Shown piece by piece: positions 27,036 to 41,073 of a DNA stretch of 64,000 bases. The position numbers and the translations under genes are program-made. Position 1 is the stretch's first letter. Every line of letters begins with the position of its first letter. The DNA is taken from positions 19,344,001 through 19,408,000 of the forward strand of contig CM119373.1 of the NCBI GenBank assembly GCA_051294905.1, in the 5' to 3' direction. This DNA comes from Botryllus schlosseri. Taxonomy: Eukaryota. The notes under the pieces were generated by a model. That model was not told the origin of the DNA. It searched no databases and saw nothing but the letters and a program-made list of their open reading frames with translations.

Positions 27036-28168
27036 CAGGGTTGCCATCGTCATGGACCCAAAAAATAAGGACAGTCGAAAAATTAGATTAGCATGAAAAA
27101 TCGTTTTTGTACGTACTTTGTATTTATACGACCTGTGGCATATCACATTCCATACTTTTCACCAGAAACAAACTGCTCCAGCAACTCCTTGATATCAGAA
27201 AGTGCTTCATGGATCTCACGACAGCTTAGGTCTAGGTTTAGCTTTACTCAGGGCCGAAACAGCACTTCGTCAGCACTTATTTGCAATGTTGAAATCGGGG
27301 AATATTGCTTTGACCAATTGCGATGTGCAGTCGTTGGTGAAGAATGATTGCTGGTGTTTGACAGTATGGAGTGCCCAGGTACCCTCTGCAGCAGCTGCCT
27401 TGTAGTCTGTGGTCATTGGTGCTAATCGACTTGTGGAAAAATTATTCATCGAATGGCTCAAATTAATCATCATGACACACGTCTTGTGTTTTGGGGATCA
27501 ATGTGAGTTGAAACAGCGGTCTTTCCTATGGCCTCCAGGTTAATGTCACACTTGCAGATATTGCTATGTGCGAAACACTCGCCCTTCAAGCTTCGTTAGA
27601 TAGGCCTACTTTTGAATTATCTCCCATAATCGTCACAAAAAACGTTTTTAGGCCTATTCATTCAAACTAATCAGATTTAGCCTTATTTGTAGCTGAAACT
27701 ATATGCCCAAGTGCAATATAATCCAGAAAAAATTATCAATGATTTATAGCTTTACTACTTTGTAACCAATGTGTCGACTGCACTGCGCCTTTTTTCACTA
27801 CGCAATAAATATTGCCTTCCCCACACCTTGATCTTATTCTACGGTAGACCAAACAGCAGGAACCGGGTAGTGCTTCTTTACTGCTAAAATGATGTCAGCT
27901 GCAGTGGCTTGGTACAGACGAAACTGCTTTACCACCACTCACTGCCCTAGCTATCTCACCACTTAGAAGTCAAATCTTGTGGTGTGTACATCACTAGAGT
28001 TCCTTTCATTTATGATGTCATAAAATATCGATGAAAAATCATAATTTTAGAATATTATGCAACACAGATAACAGAGGAAAACGATCGAAGTTCTGTAGCG
28101 GTTGAAAATAAGACAAAATAAGGACATTTCTTAGAAATAAGGACTGTTGAGTCGGCATAGCAACCCTG
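27036..28168 (-). mobile_element. hAT deletion derivative carrying a transposase N-terminal remnant
   Basis: Ends CAGGGTTGCCAT ... ATAGCAACCCTG; TSD TATATGTA/TATATATA (7/8). Minus strand near 27270-27595 gives C..C..H zinc-finger-like ICKCDINLEAIGKTAVSTH and AAAEGTWALHTVKHQQSF, which I recognise as hAT transposase-like. Confidence 0.65.
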
Positions 28169-29031
28169 TATATATACTTAGCTTTGTATTCATCTATCTA
28201 TGTATTTTCATTGTTCATAGAACCGAATCATATCTCTCTCTCTCTCTGTAGCTTTATAGCTATTATGGAAAACAGATCAATCCAAACCTGAAAAGAGTTG
28301 ATTTAAAATCCTAATAATATATGTTTCTATGTACCTTACAGTTTAATTATCAGTAATCCGCATTCCTTTTGATAACTAATTGATTCCAAAATAAATTGCA
28401 TTTCTATATTGTGTAACCAAACACTAAAATTTCTACTGAGATTGTTGATGCATGATCTGAATTGAAATGGTCGATAATGAATTTCTTCCAATATGTATGG
28501 ATGTATGATCAGATTGCAGATCAAGTGCTTTTGTATTTCATAATATTTTTCCCGTGTATTTGGAGAAGGTACATCATCGCAACCAACTATTTGCCAAAAA
28601 ATTGCTGCCTATCTCGAATTTTAAAACTGTTTTCTAAACAGGATGTGAGGATAATAATGCCTTTTTGATTGTGATTTAGTCTGATAGCAAAAATGTTGTA
28701 GTATGCCTACTCCACCTTAGAATAGGCCTACTTTGTTCAAGCCATACCCAATCCGGGCACACGGCAATAAATATGCATGATTCTAGTTTTAACCATCCGA
28801 TTTTCTCAGGCTGAGCAGATTTTATATTTTCAAATCATTTTGAGACTGGCATCTAATCAAAAGTACTGTAATGTGAAAATTAGAAATGTTGAAAATTTCT
28901 GAATCCAAATTCAGTTTCAAAATAATTTTTGATCCAAATCCCTATCGAATTTGTGAACAGCCATATTGTATATACTTTTGTTTACAGAATCACTAGTCTA
29001 GAAAAAAAAACTATTCCTTGTAATTTAAGCG

Positions 29032-29796
29032 ATGGTGCATTGGGCCGGTGTCAATGCCTGAGAACATGCCGGTAAAATCCTGTCGGAACTACACAGGATG
29101 AGGCAACACCATGACCATTGTGATTTCGTGATCAAAGTCGAAAACGACGAGTATCGCACTCGCAAAAATGTGCTGGCAGCTGGCTCCGAGTATTTTCGAG
29201 CCTTGTTGGCTCACGTCACGAAAAAGCGCCGAGATGGGCAAATCAATTTTGAAGATGCGGATTCTGAGTGTGAAAAAGTGCATAGATTTCATTTACTCTG
29301 GTGAATTTGAAGTCCCTGATGAAAAGATTAGAGATCTGCTTCACATTGGAATTATGTTTGACGGAGTAAAACGAGTCATATCTTGAAGTTTAGTCACATT
29401 GATTAACGTAGAAAACTATCATTCGACCACAAATATCGCATATATATGACATGCTGGCCTACGAGCTAGTGGATGTGTCATTGAAAAGCCAATGTTTTTT
29501 CAAAGACAATCTCATGGAAATCGTAAACCAACCCGAAATCACAAACCCGGACGTATGGCGTTATCTAAACTCATGAATATTTTGAATATGGACAGAGAAA
29601 AATCCGATAGGAAACAACGTTTTGCTCGACTCTAACAAACAATTCAGCCTGGACCGACGGACCGTGTGTCGTCAACATTTTTGAGAAACCTTCTCGAAAC
29701 CCATCGGGTTATCGTGAACGACTCCACGGTATACAAGTTAATAAGCGATCATCTCTTTGAGGAAAAAGTCGTCAAATTCGCGGCTAATCATGACAG
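29032..29796 (+). pseudogene. BTB-BACK exon 1 pseudogene, clade B
   Basis: TGA at codon 10 (29059-29061), frameshifts, TGA 29384-29386. Retains donor AG|GTATGT. Confidence 0.85.
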
Positions 29797-30461
29797 GTAT
29801 GTGTGACAATCGCGGATGATTACTACTGGGGCTGTGCATAACGATTCGAGTGTTGTGATTTCTTCGAGTCACAATAATATACGCCTTCACGCCAGTAATA
29901 TTTATCAACGAAAAATGTAGTTTTAATACATCTTTACCGCAGTCGAGCCTCGAAACATCAGTTAGCTGTATCTCAGCATCAAAAATCATTTCATATTCAT
30001 AGGATATATCTGGTCACGATGCCTTAGAACTTGTAATAGACTTAAGAGGTGTTACAATATGTACAGTTCAAACAACGGCAAAGTAAATAATGCCAGTTCT
30101 CCTTCATAATGAATTGTCCTGAATTTATGGACCTTAATAGGTCACTGCAGCATCTATGAACGTGGGTAACCTCGTGCTACATGATTTGAATGATATGCTG
30201 TCTTGTACTGAGGTTTAAACGTTACCACAGTCGGAAGAAATATGATATAATGTAATATATTATAGAGTGTCGTGTGTAATATCGGTACTCGAAACATCGG
30301 CTCACGTAAATGAGTCGAAGCATAAAAAAAAAGCTCGATTCCGATTCGAGTACTACCAGCCGAATTGGTCGTGCAGTCGATTTTGCCCAGCCTGATTTTG
30401 ATCAGCCTTTACAGTTTCCACGGATGTAGATTTAATTCCTGTCATCTTTTATTATTAACAG

Positions 30462-31372
30462 GCGAAACAAGGCATCAAAATGTGAAGCCGAAAAGAAATC
30501 ACATGTTGCAACCAGTATGCTATCACATGCCGTAGTCCAAAGCAAGCAACAAGCAGCCACCGCTTGTTTTTCGGTTAACCAGGGACGAAGCACGTCCGGT
30601 CAAAGTTACAGAAGGCCGCAAGATGTCAACTGCCGCTATAAAGGATCGACTATTGCTTTCTTGAGAGCGCTAATGAACCTACCCCGGCATAAAAAAACGA
30701 TTAATATCCCGGTAGACGCAGCGGGTTACGCGTTTGTAGAGCAAATCTTAAGAAGCCCTCCATTTCTAAAGTACAACTTGACAAAGAGAGTCATTTACGA
30801 TTTCGCGATGCACGACCCTAAAAACCGCTTCGAGATTAAAGGCGCAATCAGGGAAAATTTTCAACTTCATGTGACCGAGTCTCATTCATTCATTCATAAT
30901 CGAGCCAGCAGCTTTAGGACTGCGTTTGATCAAGAACCCGCACGAATTTCCATTGGTTGTCCACCTGCCCTACGATAAACACCTTCAGACCATAAAGCGA
31001 GATGGGTTGAAATGCATGTAGGCCTACAATGCAACTTACATTTATTTCAAAATTGGCTTCATGGGAGAAACCCTCAATACTGGCGGCATAAGCAATAACC
31101 ATGGCGTAGTCATTGTACCGGATATGCCGAAAGCTATGAGAGATGGTTTGAAATTCTACGTGTTGCCAAACGAAGCAGTACTCAGCGGCGGCGTATGTGG
31201 TGTCATTTCTCGCAAATACTTTAAATCTATCAAAAGATACCATTATAAAACGAATCGGTTTGAGGAAATTGACTTTGCCGTTTCAGCATTTTGTAACCAA
31301 GCACTGAAATTTTTACTGATATTGATATTGATGATGCATAATGGAGTACTTCCCATATGTATGATTACTTGA
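30462..31372 (+). pseudogene. Tpt1 exon 2 pseudogene
   Basis: Phase-2 acceptor at 30461/30462. N-lobe in ORF 30517-30978; a TTCA duplication near 30890 shifts the frame; C-lobe remnant in ORF 31061-31372. Confidence 0.85.
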
Positions 31373-32689
31373 TAACGGGGCGTCTACCGAGTGTCCAGTC
31401 CATCCTGCTCCATTCCTGCTAAAGCGCTTTTCAATTTCCTAATATTTCTTTCCTGCATTTGGAGTAGGTAAATCATCATAATATACTCTTTTCGAATTTT
31501 GAAACTGTCTTCTGGGCAGCATAATAATTCCTTTTAGTTGTTGATTAGTCTAATACCAAAATTGTAGTACTCCACCTTCAAATATTTCGCTCATTGCATG
31601 CCCTCTCTGGGTGTGAAGCATTAAATATGCATGTTTATAGTTTGTAATCATATTTTGTCAGCAAAGTCCGATTTTCTCAGGCTGAGCGAATTTGACATTT
31701 CTATCTAAGCCCGAAGTACATCCAAAATAAATTTCAGATCATTCCCGAATCCAAGACCAACTGCGGTTGTGACTGACATTTACGCAAAAGTAATGTGAAA
31801 ATTATAAATGCCGAAAATTTCTGAATCCAAATCCAGTTAATCAATCTTAAACCCAAATTATGCTAATCTCCAATCAACGTACCAAATGTTGTGTAAAGCC
31901 TCTTGGCGGTACAGTTTTTCAGTAAAAAATTCAACAGTACCGTAAACCTGGGAACAATTTTTGGCAATTTCGCTTTATATCTTGGAAAGGCTGGAGTATA
32001 GGGGTGGCAAGTTTTGTGTTTTTCTGGCGTTATGGAGCAAAGATTAGAATTTAGTAATCCAAAATCTTCATGATCATACATAGGCCTAAGTACTGTATTT
32101 TTGTGAATTATCGGTGTCCAAAGTTACCCCGGCATATGGGGTAACTTTGGATAATGTAGCTTTTTGTATGTCTGTACACTTTGATAAGAGCAGTAGCTAA
32201 AACTGAAAAGAAATAGTATACGTCTGGTCTATTGCAGGATTTTTACCTAATCCCCCCCCCCAAAAAAAAAAATTAATAAAATAAAAAAAAAATAGGTTAT
32301 TTAGGAAGGCTAATGCCACCTTATCCATCCCCTATCTCAATTCCCATCATGTCTTCCCCAATTGGGACTTGAAAATAACATATGGGGACAAGGTCATCCC
32401 ACTGGCGTCGTCAGCAAACATAAAGCTTGTTACCATGATTTATTGCTGTCGTTGCTGATATCAAATATTTCACTGTTCTTTAAAATATCCACTTTCCCTT
32501 TCCTATGTCGTTTGATGAATATATTTTGTGGTAATTTATGCCACATTCAGCAGGCGCATCTTCAAGAGCATTTGATAAGTTTTTAAAGTAGCTTCCGCCC
32601 ACTTACAATCTCTCGGCTGATTGCCTAATGAATAATCATTGCAGACTCAGCTGGAATTATCATTAATATATTACGTATAATTTCTAAAG

Positions 32690-33519
32690 ATGGCTGAGGC
32701 AGTGCGTGTCAATGTATCCGAACATGCGACGAAAATACTGTCGGAATTGCACCGAATGCGGCAAGGCTGTAATCATTGTGATTTCATGATTAAAGTTGGA
32801 AATGATGTCTATCGCGCCCACAAAAATGTGTTGTGTGCAGGCTCGGAGTATTTCCGAGCCATGCTTGAGCACGACACTATGGAGAGTCGGGACGGGGAGA
32901 TCACGTTTAAAAATGTGGATTCCGAATGTGTGAAGAACTGTATTGACTTCATTTACTCTGGTGAATTTGAAATCCCGAATGGTAAGATGAAGGACCTTCT
33001 ACATATAGGAATTATGTTGCAATTGGACGGAGTAAAAACAGCCGCAGCGGAAATTCTGGCGGAATCAATAAATGTGGAAAATTACTATTGGACAGCAAAT
33101 ATCGCAGATTTGTACGAACTGGCAGATGTCTCGACGACATGCCAGCGATTTTTCAAAGAAAACCTCATGGAAATCGCTAATCAGCCCGAATTTGAAAATA
33201 TGCCACTCTCCATACTTGACGATTCTCTGCTATCTGAAGATTCCAAATATTCAGGAGAAGAAAAACTGACCATATTTCTCCGGTGGGGTGAGAAAAACCC
33301 CAAAGCGACCAGCAATTTACTCGAATCACTTCGACGTTTCAAGGTGGAAACAGTCTCGTCCACGTTTTTGATAAATCTTCTCAAAACCAACCCAGTTGTG
33401 AGCAATGACTTGATGATATACAAGTTCCTCAATATTCACCTGATCGAGAATTTGGAAAAAAAGAACAAAACTAACGAAGGAGCGACCAGTCAGGAATCCA
33501 CACCAATTTCTATGAATAG
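32690..33519 (+). CDS. BTB-BACK coding exon 1, clade C
   Basis: Close paralog of 23858, open frame, 830 nt to the donor AG|GTAAGT. Confidence 0.9.
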
Positions 33520-34079
33520 GTAAGTTTGCAAAATTTTCCGGATGGTCACCAACTCACTATGTAAGCAAAGTTATGGAAAAAATTATGTTTCTTGCAAGGC
33601 CCAAGAAGGCATAAAATAATATTTGAGTGAATGATAAAGAAGGCAATTTATGTTTTCTCATGCCATGAGAACGATTTATTCCGACAGTGCGATTTGTATG
33701 AAAAGTTGTGTCTGACATTTACTGCTAAGAATCACCTTCGAATACTGAAGTAAGTCTCTTACGAGCTAAAATTAATGTTCGAAATAATTCAAACAGTGAA
33801 TGTCTCCTCTGAATCGATCCCTGTTGACTATTTTCTATATGGATACTAGCAGCCAGGTGGAGTAATTGAAACTGCAACTGACATACTTTTCTTGGTCATC
33901 ATGTAAAAGGCACAATATTGAATTGTTCAATGTTCATGCTGCGCTTTACATTGTATATATGAATAGTGCTAGAAAGATCGTCCAACACACTCATCACAAT
34001 CAATGAATCGAATCAGTCCTACGGTCAATTATGCCCTGCCCTCCAATAATTGCACATGAATTATCAGCCTAATCCTGAG

Positions 34080-34596
34080 TAGGGCTGGGCACAATGATAC
34101 GAGTACTCGAATCTGAATCGAGCATTAATGTTAATGATTCGAGTCGAGTAGTAATATACGATTTTTTCGAGTACTAAAATTATACGCTCCTCGTAACTCA
34201 ATGATAATTTATCAACGAGAATTATCGTTTTGATACTAATTTTGACTGTTGAGGCCTTGAAACCTTGATTGACCGTATCGTAGCATATGAAACATATAGA
34301 ACAAAGCCACGAACGTTACTGGAAATAGCACATTTCCGAAGTCATGATCATCCCACAGCATTGTCACCAAATGCAATGAAATCGGTAGGGTCGAAAACAT
34401 ACCAAAGTATCTTTAATGTGATGGATAACAGGCATTATATTCTTTGTGGTCGCATACAAGGTACATATTTGAACTTTGACGTATTATATTCTGCTATGAC
34501 GTCATAATGAGTGATACTCGATTACTCGACTCGACTCGAAGCATATTACGTGATTCAGAATCGAATCACTTAGGTACTCGATTTTGCCCAGCCCTA
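34080..34596. mobile_element. hAT-type MITE, 517 bp
   Basis: TIR TAGGGCTGGGCA ... TGCCCAGCCCTA; exact TSD ATCCTGAG. A truncated relative starts near 59724. Confidence 0.9.
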
Positions 34597-35471
34597 ATCC
34601 TGAGGTGGGCAGACTATGGTCTGCGGGCCGCATGCAGCCCGCAACACCGTTTTGTGTGGCTTAGGAAAGCCTCAAGAAATATTTTAAAAATATTGAAAAA
34701 ATGCACAAACATTGAAATTTGCAACTCCAGGAAGTTTGATACTTTTAGCGCTGCACTTTGAAAAAGCTGATTCTCGATATGTGTAGTAGTGTATTTAATG
34801 GTAACATGGTTATGATGCTGTCAGCATTGTGTGCCGAGTGACAACGCAATCTCACTTTTATGGTATTTTCACCTTACCACCGAGTCAAGTCCAAGTCGTG
34901 GAGCAGATGATCGAGTTTAAGTCACAGCGTTGAGACTTGAGACTTGAGTCCCCCCCCCCCCTCCGTCCCCATTGTTAATTTTCCAGTTCAGGTCATGTTC
35001 AACCCCCATTTTTACAACTCTGATTGTGTGATATCGAATGCATGGCATTCGTACTATACTAATTTTCTCACTCAGTTTCTAGCCCTATTATTCAAGTACT
35101 AGTACTGATAGACGATAAATGGCCGTCTGAGTCTCGAGTCATGTGTGGTCGAGGTATGTGAAATGACCCAAGTACAAGTCGAGTCAATAGACAAACTGAC
35201 TCAAGTTGAGTCAAGTTATTTTCCATATTTTGATCCAAGTCGAGTCATTGCAAACTTGCTTGGAGGTAATGCAAAAGTACAGTCAGCAAAACACGTCGTT
35301 TCCCACATATTAAAATTTCAATCCTGTTCTAAGAATCGGCACAACCGAGTTTCATCCCTAATTGGTTATTGAGGACGATCAACTTAATATTTGATCTTGT
35401 CAGTGTTTCTGACGCATGATCGTTATCAACTAATCAATGTTTGGTTTGTTTTACATATATATACTGTACAT

Positions 35472-37112
35472 TAGGGTTGTCCAAAATTTGAAAAATCTTA
35501 CAAATCATCCGTTGTAATGTCTTTTTCTATAGATTATTGATAAAAAACGACAATGGGCCTAAAAGAAGCTCACACGAAGGCCGTTAAGATTTCGTGCAAA
35601 GCGTTTGAAAGTAGCTGCCGAAGAATGGGCGTGCCACCGACCATAGAACGGCGAGAAGACTAGTAACCACGAAACCACGGCTCTTGATTGGCTTATCGTC
35701 TATGCTTCAGTGACCACGACAGCAGCAGCTTGCTGATTAGGTGATCAAGGAGTCTGCTACCGGCGGCGATTCTGGAAGCGCATTGTATGTAGGTTGGCAG
35801 AAAATGATTTATGATTGATTGAGGGTATCTTGAGGTACGAAATACATGATGAACAAACAACAGCTGCTTCACAAAAACGTCTAAAGCTTGATTGCTTTAT
35901 TGTGAAGGAAACCGTCGTAGCCTATATGCCTTGTTTTCAACAAGGGAAAGCATAGACGCTTATGCAAGTGGCGATGGATTCCCAGTCTCATAAAGGATAT
36001 ATCATTATTGAATACAAATATAAAGCTTAACAATGACACTATAATTTGTGTGATCTTATCGGGCTCAAGCTGTAGTACATATTTGAAGTTTTGAATGCTC
36101 TAGAGATCGGCTGAATCATACGGTTCTGCTTGGCACTTATCAGATGTTTACAGCAAATTAAATTCACTTGTAGTTGTTTTCAAAGTCCCCAATGATACCG
36201 CAGAAACGAGGTGTAAATTAGGCAGAGACTATGCTGGATATGATATCCAAACTATGCTGGATACTATGCACTTTGCAGCATAGTCTGTGCTTACCTTCAC
36301 ATCTATTTTCTGCGCGGTCATTGAGGACTTTGACATATCATTATCCAGCATAGTATGTGCTTACTTTTACACCTCTTTTCTGTGTCATCACTAAGGACTT
36401 TTACAACACTTGCAAGTGAATGCAATTTGATATAAGCATCTGATAAGTGCCAAGCATAACCCACTGATTCAGCCGATCCTTAGAGCTTTCAAAACTTCAA
36501 CTATATGTACTACAACCTGAGCTCCATAAGATCACACAAATTATAGTGTCATTGTTAAGCTTTATATTTGTATTCAATAATGATATATCTTTCCTGAAAC
36601 TAGGAATCCGTCGCCACTTGCATACTCGTCTATGCTTTCCCTCGTTGAAAACAAGGCATATAGGCTACGGCGGTTTCCTTCACAATGAAGCGATCACGCT
36701 TTAGGCGTTTATGTGGAGCAGCTGTTGTTTGCTCATCATGTATTTCGTACCTCAACATACCTCAATCAATCCTAAATCATTATCTGTCAACCTACATACA
36801 ATGCGCTTTCAGAATCGCCGCCGGTAGCAGACTCCTTGATCACCTAATCAGGAAGCTGCTGCTGTCGTGGTCATTGAGGCATAGCCGATTAGCCAATCAA
36901 GAGCCGTGGTTTCGTGGTTACTAGTCTTCTCGCCGTTCTATGGTCGGTGGCACGCCCAATCTTCGGCAGCTACTTTCAAACGCTTTGCGCGAAATCTTAA
37001 CGGCCTTCCTGTGAGCTTCTTTTAGGCCCATTGTCGTTTTCTATCAATAATCTATAGAATAAGACATTACAACGGAGGATTTGTAAGATTTTCCAAATTT
37101 TGGACAACCCTA
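35472..37112. mobile_element. Foldback hAT-type element, 1641 bp, almost entirely palindromic
   Basis: TIR TAGGGTTGTCCAAAATTTG; arms of roughly 770 bp each; exact TSD CTGTACAT. Empty paralogous site near 24848. Confidence 0.92.
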
Positions 37113-37298
37113 CTGTACATGTGTATGATCGTCATATTTCCTAGTTCACTATGTAATTAAAAATTATATTATGTTTTGACTAATAATATGAATTTGATAT
37201 GTTGCAGCCCACGAATGGATTCAGATGTTTAATTCGGCCCTTGAGCGGAATACTTTTATCAATCCTGGTCTAATCCATTCTCTTTGTTTGTTAAATAG

Positions 37299-37683
37299 CG
37301 GGAATACAGGAGATGATATGAAAGTTGAAGATGAGCCTTCCAGGCCAAAGAACCCAGGAACCCCATATGTGAGGAACACACAACAGCCACGTAAACCTCG
37401 GCACCAACCTATGCATCAGTCCCCACCTTTAGTTTTCGACCCTGCTTTACTTTCCGACCCACCTCCCCGCTTACTTAACGACCCAAGTTCGCCAACAGCA
37501 CGTTTTCCGAGTGCATCTCCTAGAGGTACGCCAAGTTCATATCACCTCCCAATTCCATCACCAAATATTCCGAGTGGTAGAGGTAGAGGCAGAGGTAGAG
37601 GCAGAGGCAGAGGTAGAGGTAGACGTCAGACATATGATGATTACTTCATGAATGTAATCGATTGCGATTACGCTTACTTGTGA
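37299..37683 (+). CDS. Coding exon 2: Pro/Ser-rich tail with (RG)7; predicted 404-aa product with 32690-33519
   Basis: Same acceptor context as 25035, phase 2, in frame with ORF 37225-37683. The 3' end after the RG run is unrelated to the 25 kb paralog. Confidence 0.6.
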
Positions 37684-38702
37684 ATCCCGCGATTTCGATA
37701 ACGATTACAGCAAAATCAGGAAGTAGTCGATTACGATTACATTTCAAAAGTAATCACGACTACTCTCAATTACATTTTTTTTGCTTCTTGGAAATAATTT
37801 CGGAAGAAATATTGGAAGACGATATAGGGATTGCGATGAAACGGTCTGATGAGATAACAACTTTCTTTATAAATCAGACGTCATTTGCTTCTTACGCCAT
37901 AATGCACCCATTGCACAACTCTATAGGGGACTATTCGTCGCATTCAACGATTTTCATTCTTGCCAGGTCCCAAACTCCCCACTAGGACCGGGAGTGAGCT
38001 CTAAGGGGACTCAAAAGTATTTCGTAAATCAACATAAATGATATAGACTATTTTCAAGAGATTTGGTTGGTTGGTTGAATAAGGGAAAATTAGTGCATCG
38101 CACCGTGACTCAAGAGCCCATAACGAAGCCCAGATTGTCAAGCAATCAGATGGCTCGCCCGGTGACTTTTATAAATTCCACTACTTTTAAAAACATTCTG
38201 GGGTGGGATAATAAATATTCAATCCTAATCGTAGTGATAGTAGTGGTAATTATTGATGATAATAGTAGTGATAGTATCCACTGCAGCATTCTATTAAAAC
38301 ATATTCATTCTTCACTTCATTAAATTTTGTGATATTTATACAGTACCCATATTGCCATTAGGATATGGTTGCCATATGTCTGGATTTTCCTGGACATGTC
38401 CGGAATCTAGTGTTTAAACTGCATCCGGTAAGAAATGCTAAAATGTGCCTAAATGTCCGGAATTTTTGAATTTTTTTTTAGTCCGAGTCTAAAGAGGTTG
38501 CCAGTTTACACCCCCCTTTATCTTTTTGTTGGTGGCAAACATTCTCAGCTCGCCAAAGCTGTATGCTTTAAACCTCTATGCAACTGGTAGCCTATATGAC
38601 GAGTCCGAAATTGTTGAAATTTTATAGAGGCCGGCGGCCACAAGAATGCAATATAGAGAAAACATAGGCCACACAGTTTGGCAATTACTTAGCTGGCAAT
38701 TA

Positions 38703-39307
38703 CAGCTGGCTCCAAGTATTTTCGAGCCTTGTTGGCTCACGGCACCAAAGAGCGCCGAGACGGGCAAATCACTTTTAAAGATGCGGATTCTGACTGTGTG
38801 AAAAAGTGCATAGATTTTATTTACTCTAGTTAATTTGAAGTCCCTGATGGAAAGATTAGAGACCTGCTTGACATTGGAATTATGCTGCCGTTGGACAGAG
38901 TAAAACGAGTCATATCTAGAATTTTGGTCCAATCGATTAGCGTCGAAAACTATTATTCAACCACAAATATCGCAGACATGTACGGGCTAGTTGTTTTGTC
39001 ATTGAAATGCCAACGATTTTCAAAGACAATCTCATGGAAATCGCAAACCAAGCCGAATTCGGAAATATGGTGTTATCTTAAACTCGTGGAAATTTTGAAA
39101 ATGGAAAACTGATCATACTACTAATATGGACCGAGAAGAATACGAAAGGATACAACGTTTTGCTGGACTCCTTAAACGATTCAGCCTTGACGATGTGTCA
39201 TCTACGTTTTTGGCAAATCTTATCATGAACGACTTCACGGTATACAAGCTGATAAGCAATCATCTCTTAGAGGAAACAGTCGTCAAATTCGCAGCTAGTC
39301 ATGTCAG
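38703..39307 (+). pseudogene. 5'-truncated BTB-BACK exon 1 pseudogene, clade B
   Basis: Homology begins at the AGSEYF-equivalent near 38703; TAA 38831-38833; frameshifts; donor AG|GTATGT at 39307/39308. Confidence 0.8.
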
Positions 39308-40199
39308 GTATGTGCGACAATCGGGGAGGGTTACTACTGGGGCTGTGCATACCGGTTCGTGTACTTGAATCCGAGTGGAGCAGTGAGTGGCCATGAGTAA
39401 TATTTTATCAACGAAAAATGTGGTTTTAATACATCTTTTCCGTTGTTGATACTCGAAACATCGGTTAGTTGTATCTCAGCATCAAAAATAATTTCATATT
39501 CATCGGAACGACGTTTCTGGTCACCAAGCGACATGAAATAGCCGTGGTCCAGAAAGACGAAATTATTCTATATGATGTGTAACTCTCATCATTATCCTAG
39601 CGACTGCAAATAAGATACATTCGCTTTTATCACTGTTACGACGTCATAGTAGGTACTACTCGAATACTCGACTGACTTGAAACTAAATACTCGATTCGGA
39701 ATCGAATCCCTACCCCCTCCATACTTAATGTTGTCCAGCATTCGTAATAAGCAATACTCCAGTAAAAACACAAATATATTTGACACCGAGTTGAACATTC
39801 GAGTACCTCCCATTGTGACGCCAGAACAGTCGAAATAGACTCGGAAGTGTACGCCTCAAGCGACCACTAACTAAACAATGCCAGTTATCATTAATCTTCG
39901 ATTGTTTCGACTAGGGTGGGATCTTGCACTACATGGTTTGAATGACATGCTGCCTAATATTGAGGTTTAAAGGCTCCTGTAGTCAGAAGAAATTACAATG
40001 TAATATACGGCGCATGGTATCAGTATTCAGTACTACTCGAAACATCAACTCTCACTAATGACTTGAAGCATCAAAAGAGATACTCGGTTTGGATTCGAGT
40101 ACTCAATTTGACTCCAATTGGTCGTGCACTCAATTTTGATCAGCCTTCGCAGTTGCAACAGACGGAGGTTTAATTCTTGACATCCTTTATTATTAACAG

Positions 40200-41073
40200 G
40201 CGAAACAAGACATCAAAATCTGGAGTCGAAAATAAATCACATGGTACAAGCAGTATGCTATCACATGCCGTAGTCAAAAGCAAACAACAAGCAGCCACCG
40301 CCCGTTTCTCAGCTAACCAGGGACGGAGCACGTCCGGTCAAAGTTACAGAAGGCCGCAAGATGTCAACTGCCGCTATAAAGGATCGACTATTGCTTTCTT
40401 GAGAGCACTAATGAACCTACCCCGGCATAAAAAAAAACGATTAATATCCCGGTAGACGCAGCGGGTTACGCGTTTGTGGAGCAAATCTTAAGAAGCCCTC
40501 CATTTCTAAAGTACAACTTGACAAAGAGAGTCATTTACGATTTCGCGATGCACGACCCTAAAAACCGCTTTGAGATTAAAGGCGCAATTAGGGAACATTT
40601 TCAACTTCGTGTGACCGAGTCTCATTCAGTCATTCATAATCGAGCCAGCAGCTTTAGGATTGCGTTTGATCAAGAACCCGCATGAATTTCCATTGGTTGT
40701 CCACCTGCCCTACGATAAACACCTTCTGACCATGAAGCGAGATGGGTTGAAATGCATGTACAGTGCAACTTACATTTGTTTAAAAATTGGCTTCATGGGC
40801 GAAACCCGCATGACCGGCGACATGAGAGATAACCATGACATAGTCATCATACTGAATATGCTGAAAGCTATGAGAGATGATTTGAAGTTCTATGTGTCGC
40901 CAAACGAAGCAGTACTCTCTGATGGCGCATCTGGTGTTATTTCTCCCAAATACTTCAAAGCAATAAAGAGATACAATTATAAAAAGAATCGTTCTGAGGA
41001 AATTGACTTTGCCGTTTCTGCATTTTGTAACCAAGTACTGAAATGTTTTTTGGTATTCATGATGCATGGTTGA
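40200..41073 (+). pseudogene. Tpt1 exon 2 pseudogene
   Basis: Phase-2 acceptor at 40199/40200. Split over ORFs 40177-40455, 40476-40685 and 40660-41073 by an A-run expansion near 40430 and an indel near 40625. Confidence 0.85.
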
